A stretch of 62,937 bases of DNA, counting the filler, from Octopus bimaculoides (taxonomy: Eukaryota): the NCBI RefSeq assembly GCF_001194135.2. It is 5 parts of 5 records of this genome, joined end to end, with 100 filler letters (N's around TTAATTAATTAA, not from the genome) between each part and the next. Parts side by side here need not be neighbours in the genome. Positions count along the whole stretch, not along the records: positions 54,767 to 62,937 come from NC_068994.1; 4 more parts are not named here. One strand, written 5' to 3'. Shown piece by piece: positions 60,196-62,937 of this stretch. Every line of letters starts with the position of its first letter. Position 1 is the stretch's first letter. A program made the translations under genes and the position numbers. The notes below the pieces were generated by a model that saw only the letters and a list, made by a program, of their open reading frames with translations, was not told the DNA's origin and did no database searches.

Positions 60196-61141
60196 TCCAC
60201 ACGGATGAATGCATACACACACGCGCGCGCGCGCGCGCGTACACACACACACATATATATATCAGTCAATAGCAAAAATAATTTAATTCGTTGATTATAC
60301 TTGGCAATTATTACACGATGGAAATTATGCAACGTACCATGGGGAATTGGAATGAATTAAATCCACATAACGGAGTGTTTCTAGTTTTGTTCTTAAAACA
60401 ATTCTAAAAGTATAATTCATCAGGTGAAAGTTAGAGTGAAACAACCGACTGGTTGCTCTTTCGACCTTGCTCGGTCTGGTCAACTTAAGCGTCAGAGCAG
60501 TTACTTCCGTGTCTATGGATGTTTCTTTGCGTGTGTAAATGTGAATGTGTGTCTGTGAGAGAGAGAGAGAGAGAGAGAGTATGTGTTTGTATGTTATAGA
60601 GGGGAATTCTCTTAATTCTAACTCACTTTCTACTATAGCTTATCGACCGACAACTGCCTTGTGGGTGAATTTGAGAGACGGAAAGAAAAAGAAGTCGTAT
60701 GTACATAAGTGTGTGTGTGCGCGCGTGCATACACACAACACGCATACACGCATGTATGTATGTACACGTGCGTGGTTAGGGTTCACAGCCTCGTGGCTAG
60801 AGCGTTGGTCTCGCGATGGCGAGATCGTGGTCCCGGTTCCTGGACCGGGTGGTGTGTTACGCTCTTCAGTAAAACCCTTCGTCTCACGTTGCTCTGGGAT
60901 CGTTTCGACAACTGATGTGCGGTATACTGTGCACCTGTTCAGGTAACGTCGATTTTGATGTAAGCAGTGAGCTACTACACATTTGATCACCCATTTGCGC
61001 GTGTTATTCATTTGCGCGGGTTATTATGCACGGGAAATTACAGGAACTTGCTTTTCGGACTATGAAAGACTAACATCATCACATGAGCATGTGCGTGAAT
61101 GTGCGTGCTTCTCTCTGTCTCTTTTTCTCTCTTTCTTTCTT

Positions 61142-61178
<37 letters not shown>

Positions 61179-61619
61179 CTCTCTCTCTCTTTCTTTTTCT
61201 CCCTCTCTCTCCCTCTTTTTCTCCCTCTCTTTCTCCCTTCTCACTCTCTCTCTCTCTTTCTCTGTTTCTCACTTTTTCTCGCTCAGTGTTTGCGTGTGAA
61301 GTCAATAATAATTACTTACGTAATTGATCACCAGACCCCACCGGATTGAAGCCGATTCGAATTCTGATATGGACAACATATCTCCACCACAGTTCAGCTG
61401 GAAAAGACCACATAAGAACGCAAGTTATACGCATATGTTCAAACATACATACATACATACATACATACATACATACATACATGCATGCATGCATACAAAC
61501 ATACATACATACATACATGCATTCATACATACATATATACATACATAATGCATTCATATATACATACATACATACATACATACATACATACATACATACA
61601 TACATACATACATACATAC

Positions 61620-61790
61620 ATAGCAACAGGATGCATAGCAATTGGTATGGAGCAAAGTATGGCTGATCTTGGGATCTTGGGGCGAGAACACAAATCTTTT
61701 ATTCATACGCTACAAATGATCGCAATATCCGGGACAATAAAGATCTGCGAAACCTTACGATTCTTAGGATGGTGGTTTCAAAGAAGATGC
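61620..61790 (+). mobile_element. Second REL-type C-terminal fragment
   Basis: IATGCIAIGMEQSMADLGILGREHKSFIHTLQMIAISGTIKICETLRF, homologous to 62095-62265. Confidence 0.55.
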
Positions 61791-62094
61791 TTTCCTTTGT
61801 AACTTTGCTACCAAGTAGGTGGCTGGTCAAAATTTATTCTAAATTAAAAAGAGAGAACGTACATACATACACGCATACATGCATATATACGTACATACAT
61901 AATGCTGTGTCGACGCCCCCAGGCGAAGAAGTAGGATCTTCCAAGATATATAAATAGAGGTAGTCTGGCCGTGGTAGGAGTGTTGAGTAGCAGTCGAGTA
62001 GCTGTGAGTAGCGGTTGAGTAGAGATCATCCGAAGGTGCTAGATGGCAGTAGCGTTGAGATATTACACATACATACATATATACATACATACAT

Positions 62095-62265
62095 GTTTAT
62101 AGTTGTAATTTTTGGGGCACTGCGATATGTGACACACTACCTATGCACCAATATTGAGAAATTAGGCTTCTCAAAATCAGAAAGGAGAAAGCTGATTCGA
62201 AGACTATAGATCGAAGCCATCACTGGAACTGTAAAAGGCTGTCAAACTTCCAAGAAGTTTATCAT
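62095..62265 (+). mobile_element. C-terminus of a REL-endonuclease non-LTR retrotransposon
   Basis: FIVVIFGALRYVTHYLCTNIEKLGFSKSERRKLIRRL*IEAITGTVKGCQTSKKF resembles REL-type C-termini (from recall). Confidence 0.65.
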
Positions 62266-62898
62266 TTAAGTATATATATGCGCATGAATAGACATATATT
62301 ATATGCATGAGAATACATGCATGAAATAAAACATACATATCTGCACATGCACTCACTTCAAATACTGCACATATACATATATACATGTAAAAACATTCTG
62401 TTGGTCTTGTTAAAATTCCAATGAGCTTTAGATCTAAGTTGGATTACCGCTGTTTCTCTATTGGCAAGAAATCTTGAACCAAAAAATAATTAAGCACACA
62501 GGCATGTATTCGAATTCTGATATATGCAATCCCCACATTAATCTTCTAACTATGGTATTACACTCTAAGGTGTTGTAAATCATACCGCTTCTTCCCTTAT
62601 ACTTCACATTCACTCATTCTTACCGCTCGTTATCACCATGTCGTTCTCTCTGACTCATTCTTAATTTCTTATCTTCGCTTCTGCTCCCCCCAATCTGATA
62701 TTCATTCAAAACTTCGAAGTCATTCCTAGTCTTTACTTACTCAAAATTAATAAAAATGTACGCGACTAAGGAGAGTAATTCTACAGTTTAATGTTAAGTC
62801 TACATCTATAAGTTTACATAAGAACAAACATTTGTGTGTGTGTGTGTGTGTTTCTTTCAACTAGTCTTCATATTTTGTTTATTTTGGGCCCACACACA

Positions 62899-62937
<39 letters not shown>

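Overview
This is AT-rich, microsatellite-saturated animal DNA, most likely Octopus judging by the cephalopod-type tRNA-SINEs and RTE tails (inference). About 7.7 kb is N. Four identical 100-bp spacers (N44-TTAATTAATTAA-N44) split the window into five joined scaffolds, so adjacency across them is not directly observed. The main gene is the 3' part of a CEP192/SPD-2-type centrosomal protein on the minus strand: nine phase-consistent GT-AG exons from 38715 to 26980, about 487 aa, with ASH/Ig-like domains and an 8x16-aa Ser/Thr repeat. Three more phase-consistent minus-strand exons (22246 to 20841) encode an unidentified acidic protein fragment. The rest is retroelement and MITE debris: a 5'-truncated RTE LINE with a PHD-like finger inside its RT, a Penelope GIY-YIG relic, REL-type non-LTR C-terminal fragments, a Tc1 fragment, Tc1- and piggyBac-type MITEs, and three SINE families. 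Best leads: a nearly intact type I hammerhead ribozyme in sense orientation inside a CEP192 intron (plus other hammerhead relics), a duplicated CEP192 exon piece that could splice as a frame-preserving cassette read in a new frame, and several long dsRNA-forming inverted repeats in or just downstream of CEP192. All alignments and folds were done by eye; no searches were run.
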